Of a stretch of 64,000 bases of DNA, positions 28,085 through 40,062 are shown one piece after another (the first letter of the stretch is position 1; each line of letters begins with the position of its first letter). Position numbers and translations under genes: made by a program. Source of the stretch: the human T2T-CHM13v2.0 reference genome, Homo sapiens; the NCBI RefSeq assembly GCF_009914755.1, contig NC_060926.1; one strand, given 5' to 3'. The notes under the pieces were generated by a model. That model made no database searches, was not told the DNA's origin, and saw only the letters and a program-made list of their open reading frames with translations.

Positions 28085-28205
28085 AGAGAACAAGTTCCAG
28101 AGCTCTGTTGTGCAACACAGTGCCTCTAGTTAATTATGCAGTTCTGTGCACTTGAACATTAAGAGGGTAGAGCTCATGTTAAGTGTTCTTACCACACACA
28201 CAAAA
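28085..28205 (+). mobile_element. Short L1MA 3' fragment
   Basis: aacaagttccagagctctgttgtgcaacacagtg...taagagggtagagctcatgttaagtgttcttaccac. Confidence 0.7.
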
Positions 28206-28499
28206 GGCGGTAAGAAGGCAAAAGACATTTAAAGAACTTGAAGGCAGCAAAGGTGCTTTTAAAAGCCTTTAATGAGAGCTTATACTAAAGGATTTTGACC
28301 TGGAAAACAGATTGATTTCCAATTCTCTATTGCTTTGTGCTGTCAATGCTGGCAGTCTCAAGGCGGCTATTCTCTGTATGCTGTAATTTTTAAGATTATG
28401 TAGATTTAAAAAATGAGTTATGTATGTCTATGCCACATGCATTTCAAAGGAATACTTTAAAAATCACCCCAGCAGGATGTTGATATCCCATGGGTTGTG

Positions 28500-28700
28500 G
28501 AGGGCCATGGTGCATCCATCAGAACTGGAGTGGAGAGACTTGGGTTCTAGCGCAGGGCTTTTGACCCTGAGCAGTGGCGGAGCCTCTCTGTGGCTTAGTC
28601 TCTCAATGACAAATCTATGATGCACCTCCCTGCCTTGCTTGTCTCACTGAGGGCTGATGGGGACAGAGTGAAAGCTTGTTCAAGTGCTTCAAGCAGCACA
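28500..28700 (+). mobile_element. MIR (degenerate)
   Basis: ctggagtggagagacttgggttctag...tgaccctgagcagt...cctctctgtggcttagtctc. Confidence 0.55.
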
Positions 28701-29537
28701 GAGCATCATACAAAGGCAGTTTGCTAGGCATACGGGGCTATCACCTGGTTTGACTCCTAGGGGAGTTGGAAGGAGGAGGGGGCGTGGAAAGGATGGGCTG
28801 TTCCGCAGCAATGCAGTGCGTCTTGGCTGCTCATATGGCAGCTGGTTTGGGCAGATGTTGAAGGAGGTGAGCCGTGGGTACACCCCTAGCTAGTGATGCC
28901 AGCCCCTCCCTGATCCCAGAAGCTCTAAGCCCTGTTTTATCACTAATCATGGCGTATGGTAAGAACAGGGGTCATCTCCGGACTACAGGCAACGTGAGCT
29001 GCAGTGTTTTTCTTTCATCTCAAGTGTGTTGCCCTGATGTAAACATATGTGGGTTGGGACTCCCAAACCATGGCAACCTGAGGCTGTGGTCAAGGAGGTA
29101 TGGGTCTGCTGGTTGCTTTGCTTACGACTCCCTAAACCCTCTTTCCCCCACCCCACAATGTCCTTCTAGCTTCCTGGCAGGGCTCCCAGGTTAGTCCCAT
29201 GTGGTCCTTTAGGGTACTTTGCCTCTGAAGTCAAGACACTACCCTTTCTTGTTCACTGTCAGCAGCCTCCAATGCCTCTGCCTTCCTACGGGGCTGGTGA
29301 CATGGCGTGGCCCTTGTGCAACTTTTGGTTTGGCCATGGCTTTGATCTCTCTTGTTAATGTTGTCTCCTTAGTCACCCCTCATTGCCAATGCTGGGCCTG
29401 CCTCCCTCTACATAATCCTGGCCGTATCCCTTGTGCAGGGCAAAGACTCTCTGTCTGTGTTAAGACCTAAAAAAAATTAAGTTGTCCAACAGGGAGGCTT
29501 AGAGTCTTACAGTGACCCTAGGCTGCAACACTTTTCT

Positions 29538-29875
<338 letters not shown>

Positions 29876-30266
29876 TCAGTGTAGTGATCCCACCCCCTTC
29901 CCGCTGGGGCCTTCGTTTAAATTCCCTGAGGGTGGACTTCAAAATTGTTCCCTCCCATCTGTCCGGACTGGGATATGATAACTGCTGTTCCCAGGCCCAC
30001 GGTGGGCATTTTATCCCCATCTGATCTCCTCCCAGAAAAGCCGAGAGGAGGCCCTTTCCTTTCTATCCCCGGACATGTGTGAGGGCCCCAGCTGCAGGGT
30101 GGCCGTGACACCCTGGATCCTGCAGGCCTCTCTGCCCACTTGGGGAGACGTGATGCGCAGAGCCGGACAAGCACACTGTCCTTTAAACTTACCCTGTAAA
30201 TTGAACTTCAGGCCAAGACAAATATGGAGTTTTGAGCTCAAACCTATTAAAGGGATTTATGTGTGA

Positions 30267-30276
30267 CTAAAAATAG
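30267..30276 (+). promoter_or_regulatory. Consensus MEF2 site in repeat-free sequence
   Basis: CTAAAAATAG exact; function not shown. Confidence 0.35.
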
Positions 30277-32259
30277 AGAAAAATTCATTACATTCTTTTC
30301 TTGTAAGAAGCTGGATTTGCTTTGCCAAGTGTGTCTCAGAAAGTGCATCTTTTTTTTCCTGTCAATAGTTTCATTTGCTGCCATTCCCAGCAGGGCAGAT
30401 TGTCCATTAAATAATCACAATATAAGGAAATCCTCAATAAAATAAAATCTTAGCTCAAGAGTACATAGGTACACCTCGCTTTAAAGAATAGAGATGTTCT
30501 TCAAAGTGGCTTTTCGGTAAAACAACTAAGAAATACCAGAAATGCACCCGAGGGAAATAAAAAATGTGGCTCTGACTCTAGACAAGAGGAGAGGTTGGGG
30601 TGCGGGCAGCAGCAGCCTGGGGGAGGGGCAGAGCTCATGCCTGGGCCTGGCTGTGGCTCCAGGAAGCTGGACGCCGCCGCCTGCTCCTGGGAGGCTGCTG
30701 CCCAGAAGGCCAGCAGGGAGCTCGGGCCCCTCTTCCCCGCCCTCTCCCTTCCTCGCCTGCTTTGCACCATTATCAGCCCAAGGCAGAAACAGTGAGAGAT
30801 GGGAAGCTGCCTTGGAGATGATCACAGAGCCAATAGGAGAACAGCCTTGCTTCATGGACAATTTACAGCAGCTGTCTGAAGCACAGTTGCTTCTGGAATG
30901 CAAGGCACAATGGGTACAGCTCGGAGGAAGGCATTTTATGTACTAGAAATTTCTGTGCTGAGCTTGGGAAGCTGCCTTTTAGACACACAAATGGCTTATA
31001 TAACCCAGAGGTCAGCTGGGGCCTCTGTGTCCTTGGAGAGCTCTGAAGAGGCTGTCCTGTGAGGTAAAGGTGGCTTCACAAACTCCCCCTTTTCAGTGGC
31101 CTCCTGCTGACTCCTGCCACCCCCAGACTGACTCTAGGTGTGGGTCCCACCTGCCTTTGGCTCCTGTGTCACCTGTCCTGAGGAAGAGTCAGATATGGAA
31201 TCCCCCAGGCCCTCCCCCTGAAATCCATTTACGCAGAGGCAGCACAAGGCACCCTGAGGACTTATCTGAAGGAGGTGGTCAGGGTCACAGTTCCAAAATC
31301 CCCACAGGCTCTCCTTTAGCGGTGATGGACATGTTTTAAGACTGGAAAGGGTGATGGCTGCGTGCTTCTGGGGAGATACTAAATGCTCCTGAGTTGTGCT
31401 ATATAATTTTAAATGCTTCATCTTACATGTATCTCACCTTAATAAAAAACAGAAACTAAAACATTTTCCCTGCAAACCTGCCCTCGGCAGAGCACAGCCC
31501 TTCTCCCCCTCGTCCTCCCTGCTCTGCCTGGGGCACCCGCATTTGCCCTCACCCCCTCCTCAAGAGGCTCAGCAACTCAGGGCCTGGCCGGGCACGGTCA
31601 CGCCTCCTCACAAGCAGTCAGTGAAGGATGGTCCTTTCAGTCTGTGCCCTGGACTTAGCTGGAGGAAGGTTTAATTTTTAGTGAGCCAGCAGCTTCTGTG
31701 GCACTATCTCCCAGATGGGGCTGGGCCCCAGTGAGCGGGATAGACAGATCCTAGCCTCAAAACTCCTCAGGTTCTCAGAGGAGAGCTTGTCAGTGCACCT
31801 CCGTGGTCGGTTGGGGGCTCTGAAGTTGGATGGCAGCCCTGGAAGGCAGCCTGCCGTGGCTTCTGCCCTGCTCAGGGGCCTGTGCCTGCCCTCCAGGCTG
31901 TGGTCTCAGCCTCTCCCCTCTGTGAATGAGGCGATTCTGCTCGCCTCATTGGTGATGGGACATGGCCAGCACACAGTGAGTGACAGTGAGTATCAGAGAT
32001 CACCCTTCTTCCGCCTTGGAGCAGGGCCAGCAGAGGGACTCAGCTGTGTGGGGTTTTGACCTGAAGTTCCTATGGCATGACCAAGTATATTCACCTTCAT
32101 TCTCAGCATTCCAAGGGAACCTGCCCAATATGGACTCAGGCATTGGGGTCCCTGGGATGGCTAGGCTGCCTGGAGAGCAAGCGGCTGGAGGTCCCTGGGC
32201 CTCACCATCAGTGCCTTGCAAGGCAACTGGATCTTGGTTAATTGCTTATATTTATATTA

Positions 32260-32445
32260 ATTACAGTTTACAAAACACTTTCACAATAATTTTCTCACTT
32301 GTTTTCACAACCACCCCAGGAAGCAGATTTCATCTTCATATTTAGAGATGAGAAAGCTGAGACTCGAAGAGGTGAGGTGACTTGCCTAATGTCACACAGC
32401 AAAGAGCAGAAGCAAGAGTCCAAACCAGGCACCTGACTCCCCAAG
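32260..32445 (-). mobile_element. MIR
   Basis: tttagagatgagaaagctgagactcgaagaggtgaggtgacttgcctaatgtcacacagc. Confidence 0.8.
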
Positions 32446-32733
32446 TGACCTCCTAGGCAGGAGCTCTGTCCATGAGATTGTCCTTAGCAGGGCTCTGCCA
32501 TGGGCCCGGCACTGGGATGGGGTTTGGAGGGACTAATGGAAGCGAGGTTCACATGGATCTTGTCCCCGTGAAGCTTACAGTCTCCATAAAGGCAGCTGAA
32601 GTTCAGCAGTTCCTGGCCCAAATGGTCACCAAGACATAGTCCTCAAATCTCCAGGTCATGTGTGATCATTTTATTTTCTTCAAGAGCATATTGTGATGGT
32701 GAGCTGGCCACTGTGAGAAAAGTGGTGGCCGGC

Positions 32734-33152
32734 TGCTAAGGTTTGGATCTGTGTCCCCACCCAAATCGCATGTTGAAATGTAATCTCTAGTGTGGAGGTG
32801 GGGCCTGGTGGGAGGTGATTGGATCATGGGGGCGGTTTCTCATGATTTAACACCATCCGCCACTTGGTGCTGTCATCATGATAGTGAGTTCTCATGAGAG
32901 CTGGTCATTTAAAAGTGTGTGGTACCTCCTTCCTCCCTCTTCCTCCTGCTCTGGCCATGTGAAGTGCTGGCTTCCCTTTGCCTTTGCCTTCTGCCATGAT
33001 TGTAAGTTTCCTGAGGCCTCCCCAGAAGCTGAGCAGATGCCGCCGTGCTTCCTGGACAGGCTGCAGAACGGTGAGCCACTTAAACCTCTTTTCTTTATAA
33101 ATTACCCAGTCTCAGGTATTTCTTTGCAGCAGTGAAAGAATGGATCAATACA
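32734..33152 (+). mobile_element. MSTA/MSTB (MaLR) solo LTR, full length
   Basis: TG...CA ends; ctgccatgattgtaagtttcctgaggcctccccag, taaattacccagtctcaggtatttcttt; 5-bp TSD ccggc (32729-32733 / 33153-33157). Confidence 0.92.
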
Positions 33153-33229
33153 CCGGCCCTCGGTGCGGTCAGGGAGGTGGCCCAGCGGAGAGCAGCCTGA
33201 ACCCAAGGCAGAGTCAGGGACCCGGCTCC

Positions 33230-33350
33230 CTAAGCCTCTGCTCAGTTTTCTCATTGGCCAAATGGAAAACATCAGAGTATCTGCCTCCTAAGCATATTCT
33301 AAAGATTGAATGAGAAAATCTACATAAAAATATTTAGCTAGCACAGTGTC
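33230..33350 (+). mobile_element. MIR fragment
   Basis: ctctgctcagttttctcattggccaaatgg...aagattgaatgagaaaat...agcacagtg. Confidence 0.6.
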
Positions 33351-34639
33351 CAAAGTTGTATTACCACCCACTCAGGCAAGCTTGGCTCCATGTTAATCAT
33401 CTTCACTAACGGGCATTAGCTGATCCTACAAGTTTTGCAAATGATTGTGTCCTATGGGATTCACTACTTCACGTGCAATTAACCACTCAAAGTTGGATGT
33501 CCTTTATTTTTATATATGCATTTAGGCATAGATAAAAAATGTAGAGTACTAAAAACACTACCATAATGAATAGCAGACAACGAAATTATTCCTTGAGAGC
33601 TTTTTTTTTCTGAATCCTCCAGCACAAAAGACATTTGGAGGAGAACAATTTAATTATAAAAGCATTTTTTTTACATCTACTATTTCATTTATTGTCAGAT
33701 TAGGGGATAGACCTTAATTATAGTTTTTAATAAGTATTCTTAACCTGTTGCATATCTATGGTGTTTTTCAAAGTTACTACAATACAGTAAATAATTCTCA
33801 ACAGATTAAGAAGGTAATAACATATTCCTTTTAAAGAAAGATATTGAGAAATATGTAAGAAATGATAGTCTCCTATTCTCATGTCTGTGTTCACTACCCA
33901 CGTGTTTTCTGGGAAGAAATATGAAATAAAATGATTTTCAAAAGAGAGTCCTTCTCAAACAAATACTGACGGTTAACTGCTTTTACATATAATGGCAAGT
34001 TGAGTCAGCCACCATTTTTAATAAAACTGATTAATGACTAAGTGTGGACAAAACAGGGAAGTGAGTAATCAGGTGGAATGTATGCTATCCTAAAGCCGGA
34101 ATAAAAGTCTATGAGATGGAAAAAAAGTCTTTAGGGGCTTGGCCAAGTTCTTAAATAATTGGGAGGCTGAGCAGAGGGGCCGCTCTCAGGAATCAGCATC
34201 CAGTTGCACAGACAGAGCCTATTAAAAATTAAGAAAATAGTTTGAGATGACTATTTTAAGCGTTATGAATTGCCAAATGGCAAATGCCTAGCTGAACAGA
34301 TGACTGGTTTGGATTCTTAATAGCCAATTGTAAAGGAAATGGACCACAACAGGCTTTCAGACACAGAAGTGGCCGTCCGTGCTGAGACCGAGGCGTGGGG
34401 TACATCTAAATGTAAGGATCAGCAGTTCCCCAGAGAGCAAACGTGAAAAGCTCAAGTCTAATTTCCCATCATTGTTGAGCATTTTCCAGAAAATTAAGGG
34501 CCAATCTGGAGCTGGAGATAGGAGTGTAGGGAGCATCTGCATTGGACTGAGTCTTAGAGTTGGGGAAGCCCAGGGACGGGGTGAGACTATTTTAGGCGTT
34601 ATTTAACAGTCTAATAATTCGAGGGGTTTTTAAGACCAT

Positions 34640-35116
34640 TGTATTAATCATGCTTTTTCTTGTCCATATTTCCTGGTGCTTTGACATCTTGGGGCCCTGC
34701 TTGACTCTGAAGAGACTGCCCCTTCCAGGGCTGGCCAAATCCTAGAGATAGTAAGTGACTTGCCTTTACTACGCCAGTAAGCTATAATCACCCAAGGCCA
34801 AGTACCAGACAACCCAGGAAGGCATCTACACCCCAGAGCCTGCTGAAATTATTCAGACCAGCCAATCCTAAGCCTGCCTACACTGCCTTGTCCTTTCCTT
34901 CCTGCAGAAACCACAATAAAGGCTGTCACCCATGTTTCCTCCTCAATCTCTCTACCTCCTGACAGCCCCTGGTACTTCCCATGTGGCCCTGCATGGCATG
35001 GCCTGTCCTCACTTCTCGGGAACTGTGAGTAACAAACTATCTTTTCAATGGCTGTCATCTCCTGATCTCTAGGCCTCACCATACTGGAACAATACTAAAA
35101 CCTACATTTTAAAACA
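34640..35116 (+). mobile_element. ERVL LTR of the MER68/MER77/MER21 group
   Basis: ttgacatcttggggccctgc...gagactgccccttccagggctggccaaatcctagagatag, aataaa, gggaactgtgagtaacaaact; TG...CA ends. Confidence 0.7.
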
Positions 35117-35199
35117 GCCACATCAAAATGTACTCAGCATCAAAGAAGCCCTATTAAAGTGTCATGTATCCAGAGAGGGCAAGGCCAAAAAGTGACTTT

Positions 35200-35790
35200 G
35201 GGCTCCATCCTGGGGGCCTTACATGCCTGCACGAGGCAACTGCACTTCATGCCTGGGACAGTGGGAAGCTTCTGCAAACTCCTGAGCATACAGACAATGA
35301 CCACAGATGTCCTTGAGGAAGACCAACCTGGCCCTAGACTGTAGGATGTACTGTAGAGGCAGGGAGACCAGAGAGGAGGCTGCAGTAGCTGCCTAGGCAA
35401 GAGAGTCCAGTCCTGTACCTGGCAGAGGGAATCCAAAGGACACTGTAGATCAGAAAGGACATGATTTGCCAATGAATGGAACGTGGTGAGCAGTGGAGGA
35501 AGAATCATAATGACCCAGGGCTTCCAAATGCCAGCCTCTGGAAAGAGAGGGGAAACTGAGGCAGAAAGGGAGGTTCTGGAAAGATGAGAAGGTTTGCAAG
35601 TAAGGGATCATTAATTCCTTCAGTTCCTCTTTTCAAACCTGGGTGATGGTCATCATCACATCACGTGTGCCTCATCCAAGCATGTGCGGAGCTCCTTCAG
35701 GCCCTGTCCTAGGTGCTGAGGAGAAAGTGGTTGAACGGACAAGCCAAAGTGCCCATCTGCACAGAGCTTATATCCTGGGGGTGGGGCTGG
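35200..35790 (-). mobile_element. L2 fragments
   Basis: gaggcagggagaccagagaggaggctgcag; ccctgtcctaggtgctgaggagaaagtggttgaacggaca. Confidence 0.6.
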
Positions 35791-36115
35791 GGAGAAAGGA
35801 ATGGAAATACACGCCTTTGTTTCTTTCGAGAGCATTATGACCTAGGAACTGCAGGCCAACCATGCTCTTCTCCAGCGATTTGCTATTCATTCACCCCTGA
35901 AAACAGGTTCCCATCTGCTTCATCAACCTCACTCACACTGACATGAAGATATCATTAGAGCTTTTAGCAGGAAAGCTGGAGTCAGTTATAGCCAACTTAG
36001 AAATCCATGTTTATTTTTTTTTCTCCTTCAGGTTATCAAAGACGTGTTCCTAAAGAGAGCCAAGGTGTCCCACAACTATCAGTCAAGTGCGAGCGGGTGA
36101 CCTGCTACCCGCTAA

Positions 36116-36539
<424 letters not shown>

Positions 36540-38019
36540 AGCACGTAACTTTCTATTTGTTTTTCTTCTGCCTTCAGAATAATCATTTTGCTTCTGATTT
36601 CTTCTCTGACACTAAGACTGGGAGTCACAGGTCAAGAGGAAAACCACAGATTAGGAACAAAGAGGAATGCACTAATGGGCAAGAACATATAAAGCTTACA
36701 AATAATAGGTTGAGAGCTTTTCCAACTGTCCGTCTTGCCTCTGCCCTCTGAGGTTGGAGGTCGGCAAATGTGTTCTGGCTGTGGGTAAAAACTGCTGTGT
36801 TTTCCTCGTTGACCTAAGTGCCATAAATGCGTCCTCCAGGTTCTCTCATTAAAGATGAATTTGGGTAGATTAGAGATGGGGGAAAAAAAACGGCGGAAGG
36901 TAAAAGGTTTTCATCACTTAATAATACCAATTTTATCATCACTTAGCATAACTTATTTCTGCCAATTTTATCATCACTTACAATAACTTCCATTAGGGTA
37001 ATAAGGCATTAAGTATATGTTGATTGCAAATAATCTGGTTACATTCACTAATTATATGGAGACTGATTTTTTTCCTGTTTGAAATATAATTTTAAAACAT
37101 CTCTACTTCCTAAAAACAGGACATATCAAAGTAAGGAGACACATATGCTGTGGAGATAGAAAATGAAATTCTTGTGTATTTGGCAAGTGCCTGATTACAA
37201 GATGAAAATAGACGGAGAATTCATCTGCAGAAATAAAGAATGTAAATGGCTTGCTGCGGCTGATTTGCTCTCACCTTCTCTCCCTTGGGGTCAAATTAAT
37301 ATATTTACTACTGATAAGGTGTTTTATATAGCAGAGGTGTTGGTGCTCAAATGCCATCTCACAGAGTAGGGGGCTGCTCTGAACACATGCTCTTTAGAGA
37401 GATTAAGTATAAATTGCCAGGCTCGGAATTTTATGAGTCTTCCATAGCTGTGAAGTGCTGGTTTAGGTAGGGGATAGAGAGGCTTTGGATGCATTAGATT
37501 GTCATTTAGAGCTGCTATAAAATTTTGTAAGCCTGTCCATTCTAACCCAGCTTTCAGATGGCTATCATCACTCAACGGTAATAATGACACTACTAGTATG
37601 ACTAGCAAGTTGCAACTTGAAGATTGACACATATGGACTAAATTCAAACTATTGTTTCCAACTTGATAAAACACCCCTTGGCTGTTTGCAAGTTTATGAG
37701 ATCACAAATGCCCTGTGCATCCAAACCAGAGCTAGATTTTCAGAGATGCCATTTTTGGTATTTCTGGAATTGGAAGTAGTTTCCTATCAGCCAGCCACAG
37801 ACATTTTCCAATCTATTTTTCAGTAAAGTGTTCAGATTTTTTTTTTTTTGGCTTAGAAGAAATAAAAAATGACTCAGATTTCAATTAAAAACATAATGAT
37901 AATGATAGTTTGCACTGTGTCATATTTTCAACTATTTAAAAACAATTTTGTGTTTTTGCTCGCTTTTAAAGATCCTGAGCGTGAGGAGAATTTGTGTGAT
38001 TTACTGAACTTTATAGATT

Positions 38020-38150
38020 AAACAGGCATTCGCTCCATTTTACAGACAAGGAACTGAGGCTTAGAGAGACCAGTGACTTGCTCAAGGTCACGCATCAAGT
38101 AAGTGTCAGCATGAAGACTGGGAGGCTCCAGGTGTCCTGCTCTGCAGCTT
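38020..38150 (-). mobile_element. MIR
   Basis: ccattttacagacaaggaactgaggcttagagagaccagtgacttgctcaaggtcac. Confidence 0.8.
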
Positions 38151-38619
38151 TCAACCGTAGCACATGAAATATGGATGATAGGAAATGCAAACCACTCCTT
38201 TCACTGTTAACTAAACCACAATGCACTTTCACCGCAATCTTCATGAGTATGGCTCTTACAGAAGGCTGTGACCTTTCGTATGAGATCTGGTCAGCCTGGG
38301 CCGATGTGAGGGCCTGTCAAGCTCACGGGATGGTGTCTTTATGTTTTGCACACTTGCCGTCAGATCAGTGTGAAGAGGTGTCTGAGACAGCCAAAACTGG
38401 GCTGCCTCTATGTTTGGAGAGTGGGGCACATGTGAAGTGGCTGCGGGGACACCAGCTGTGCCACAGCATTGCCAAGGGCCTTCAGGGCTCATTGACTGCA
38501 CCTAGAGGCATCTCTCAAGTTGCGCAGTCACTGTGGTTTCCTTCCTAAAAGTAATGAAAGGTGGGAATAAGTTCTGTCTCCCTGAAGGTTTCCAGACAGC
38601 AAATAAGAAACCTAGCACA

Positions 38620-38921
38620 GGCTGGGGCACTGTAACTCACGCCTGTAATTGCAGCACTTTGGGAGGCTGACGGGGGAGGATCACTTGAGACCAGGAGTTC
38701 TAGACCAGCCTGGGCAACATAGCGGGACTCCATGTCTATAAACAATTTAAAAATTAGCCAGGCATGGTGGTTGCATGCCTGTAGTCCCAGTTACTTAAGG
38801 GGCTGAGGCAGGAGGAGTGCTTGTGCCTGGGAGGTCAAGGCTCCAGTGAACCATGATTGTGCCACTGCATTCCAGCCTGGGTGACAGAGTGAGACCCTGT
38901 CTCAAAAACAAAAAAACAAAA
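38620..38921 (+). mobile_element. AluJ (Jo/Jr-like)
   Basis: gggcaacatagcgggac, gaggtcaaggctccagtgaaccatgattgtgcc; TSD aacctagca/aaactagca. Confidence 0.9.
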
Positions 38922-39664
38922 CTAGCATAATTCAAATTTGAATATGCCCTAAGATAGGATAAGTATGTCCCTTCTGATTGCAGATTGTTACCTGAGGGTG
39001 TATGCATTCCCAATGACATTGCTACTATACTTGATATCTCACCTTGGGAGAAAAAAAAAGGTCAAGAAAGTTTAAGTCAAAAAAAGTCATAGTCCAAGGA
39101 GGAGAGCTTTCCTTGATTTCAGTCTCTCCCATCTGTGTGTGCCATCCACAATTAGAATCACACATTACAAGTTCCTGGGTGATTCCAGGGCCAAGGGAAG
39201 CAAGGTTTATATATTGCTGAGGAGAATGCTCCAACCTGAATTGTAAGATGCGTCTTGCTGTCACATTCTACTTGCATTTCTAAAACTGTAAAAAGGAATT
39301 GCTTGGCTTCCCTAAGTGTAAAATCACTAAGGTGAGATTATGTTTCCATGTTACGATGCCCCCATCACCTCTTGAGATTTACTGAGCAAGATGCCTTGTG
39401 GGAGGGGGTTTAAATGCACAGATGTAAGCCCTGCAATCCCAACACTCACAATCTTTATATTAACAAGAACATGCTTCTAATTATTCCAAATTCTGTTAAA
39501 ATTAAGCCCAAATGTTCAATTTTCCACGTGTTCCTCTTAATTAGAAATGAAATGAAAGAGAAAAAGAAACCATCAAAATTATATAAATAAAAACAGATGG
39601 AAGAGAGTGTTGGAAGCTCTTTTCTATAACATTCCCTTTAATAAAATTCATTGGTTAATTTGGT

Positions 39665-40062
39665 TGATAAAAGCAGCGTTAAAATTAAATAAGAATTAAC
39701 ATACACTCGGATAAATATTTGTCGCTTCTTTCATGTGCTACCATGATAAAGGTAATTTAGCTTAAAAGCAGTCATCATCTTTCTTCATAACTGATAAAGC
39801 ATTACTAATTGTGTGTGTTAATATGGTACAATATGGAATTGAATAGAGATTTTATCTTAATAACATCTCCATTAAATTAAGGACAGTGTTGTATGACAGG
39901 AAAGATAAGTCTGTTTATTCCAAGCCAGCACATCAAAAGAACAACTGTGGGAGATGGTGCAATAACTAACATTTTCTATAGTGTTCTAGCTGGCAGCCTC
40001 ACATTTATAAGGCTTGTAAGCAATGTTGTAAGCAATGCTGTTTTGTGAGATAATCTAGATAA
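39665..40062. promoter_or_regulatory. Candidate enhancer: homotypic GATA site cluster
   Basis: Seven WGATAA sites in ~400 bp of repeat-free DNA. Confidence 0.4.

Noticed and set aside
30590-30770. GC-rich patch as a CpG-island promoter
   Set aside because: Short, with few CpGs for its GC content, and no first-exon signature.
36908-36989. Short direct repeats (also 908-977 and 55632-55704) as a CRISPR-like array
   Set aside because: Only 2-3 units, no unique spacers of constant length, eukaryotic context, no cas genes.
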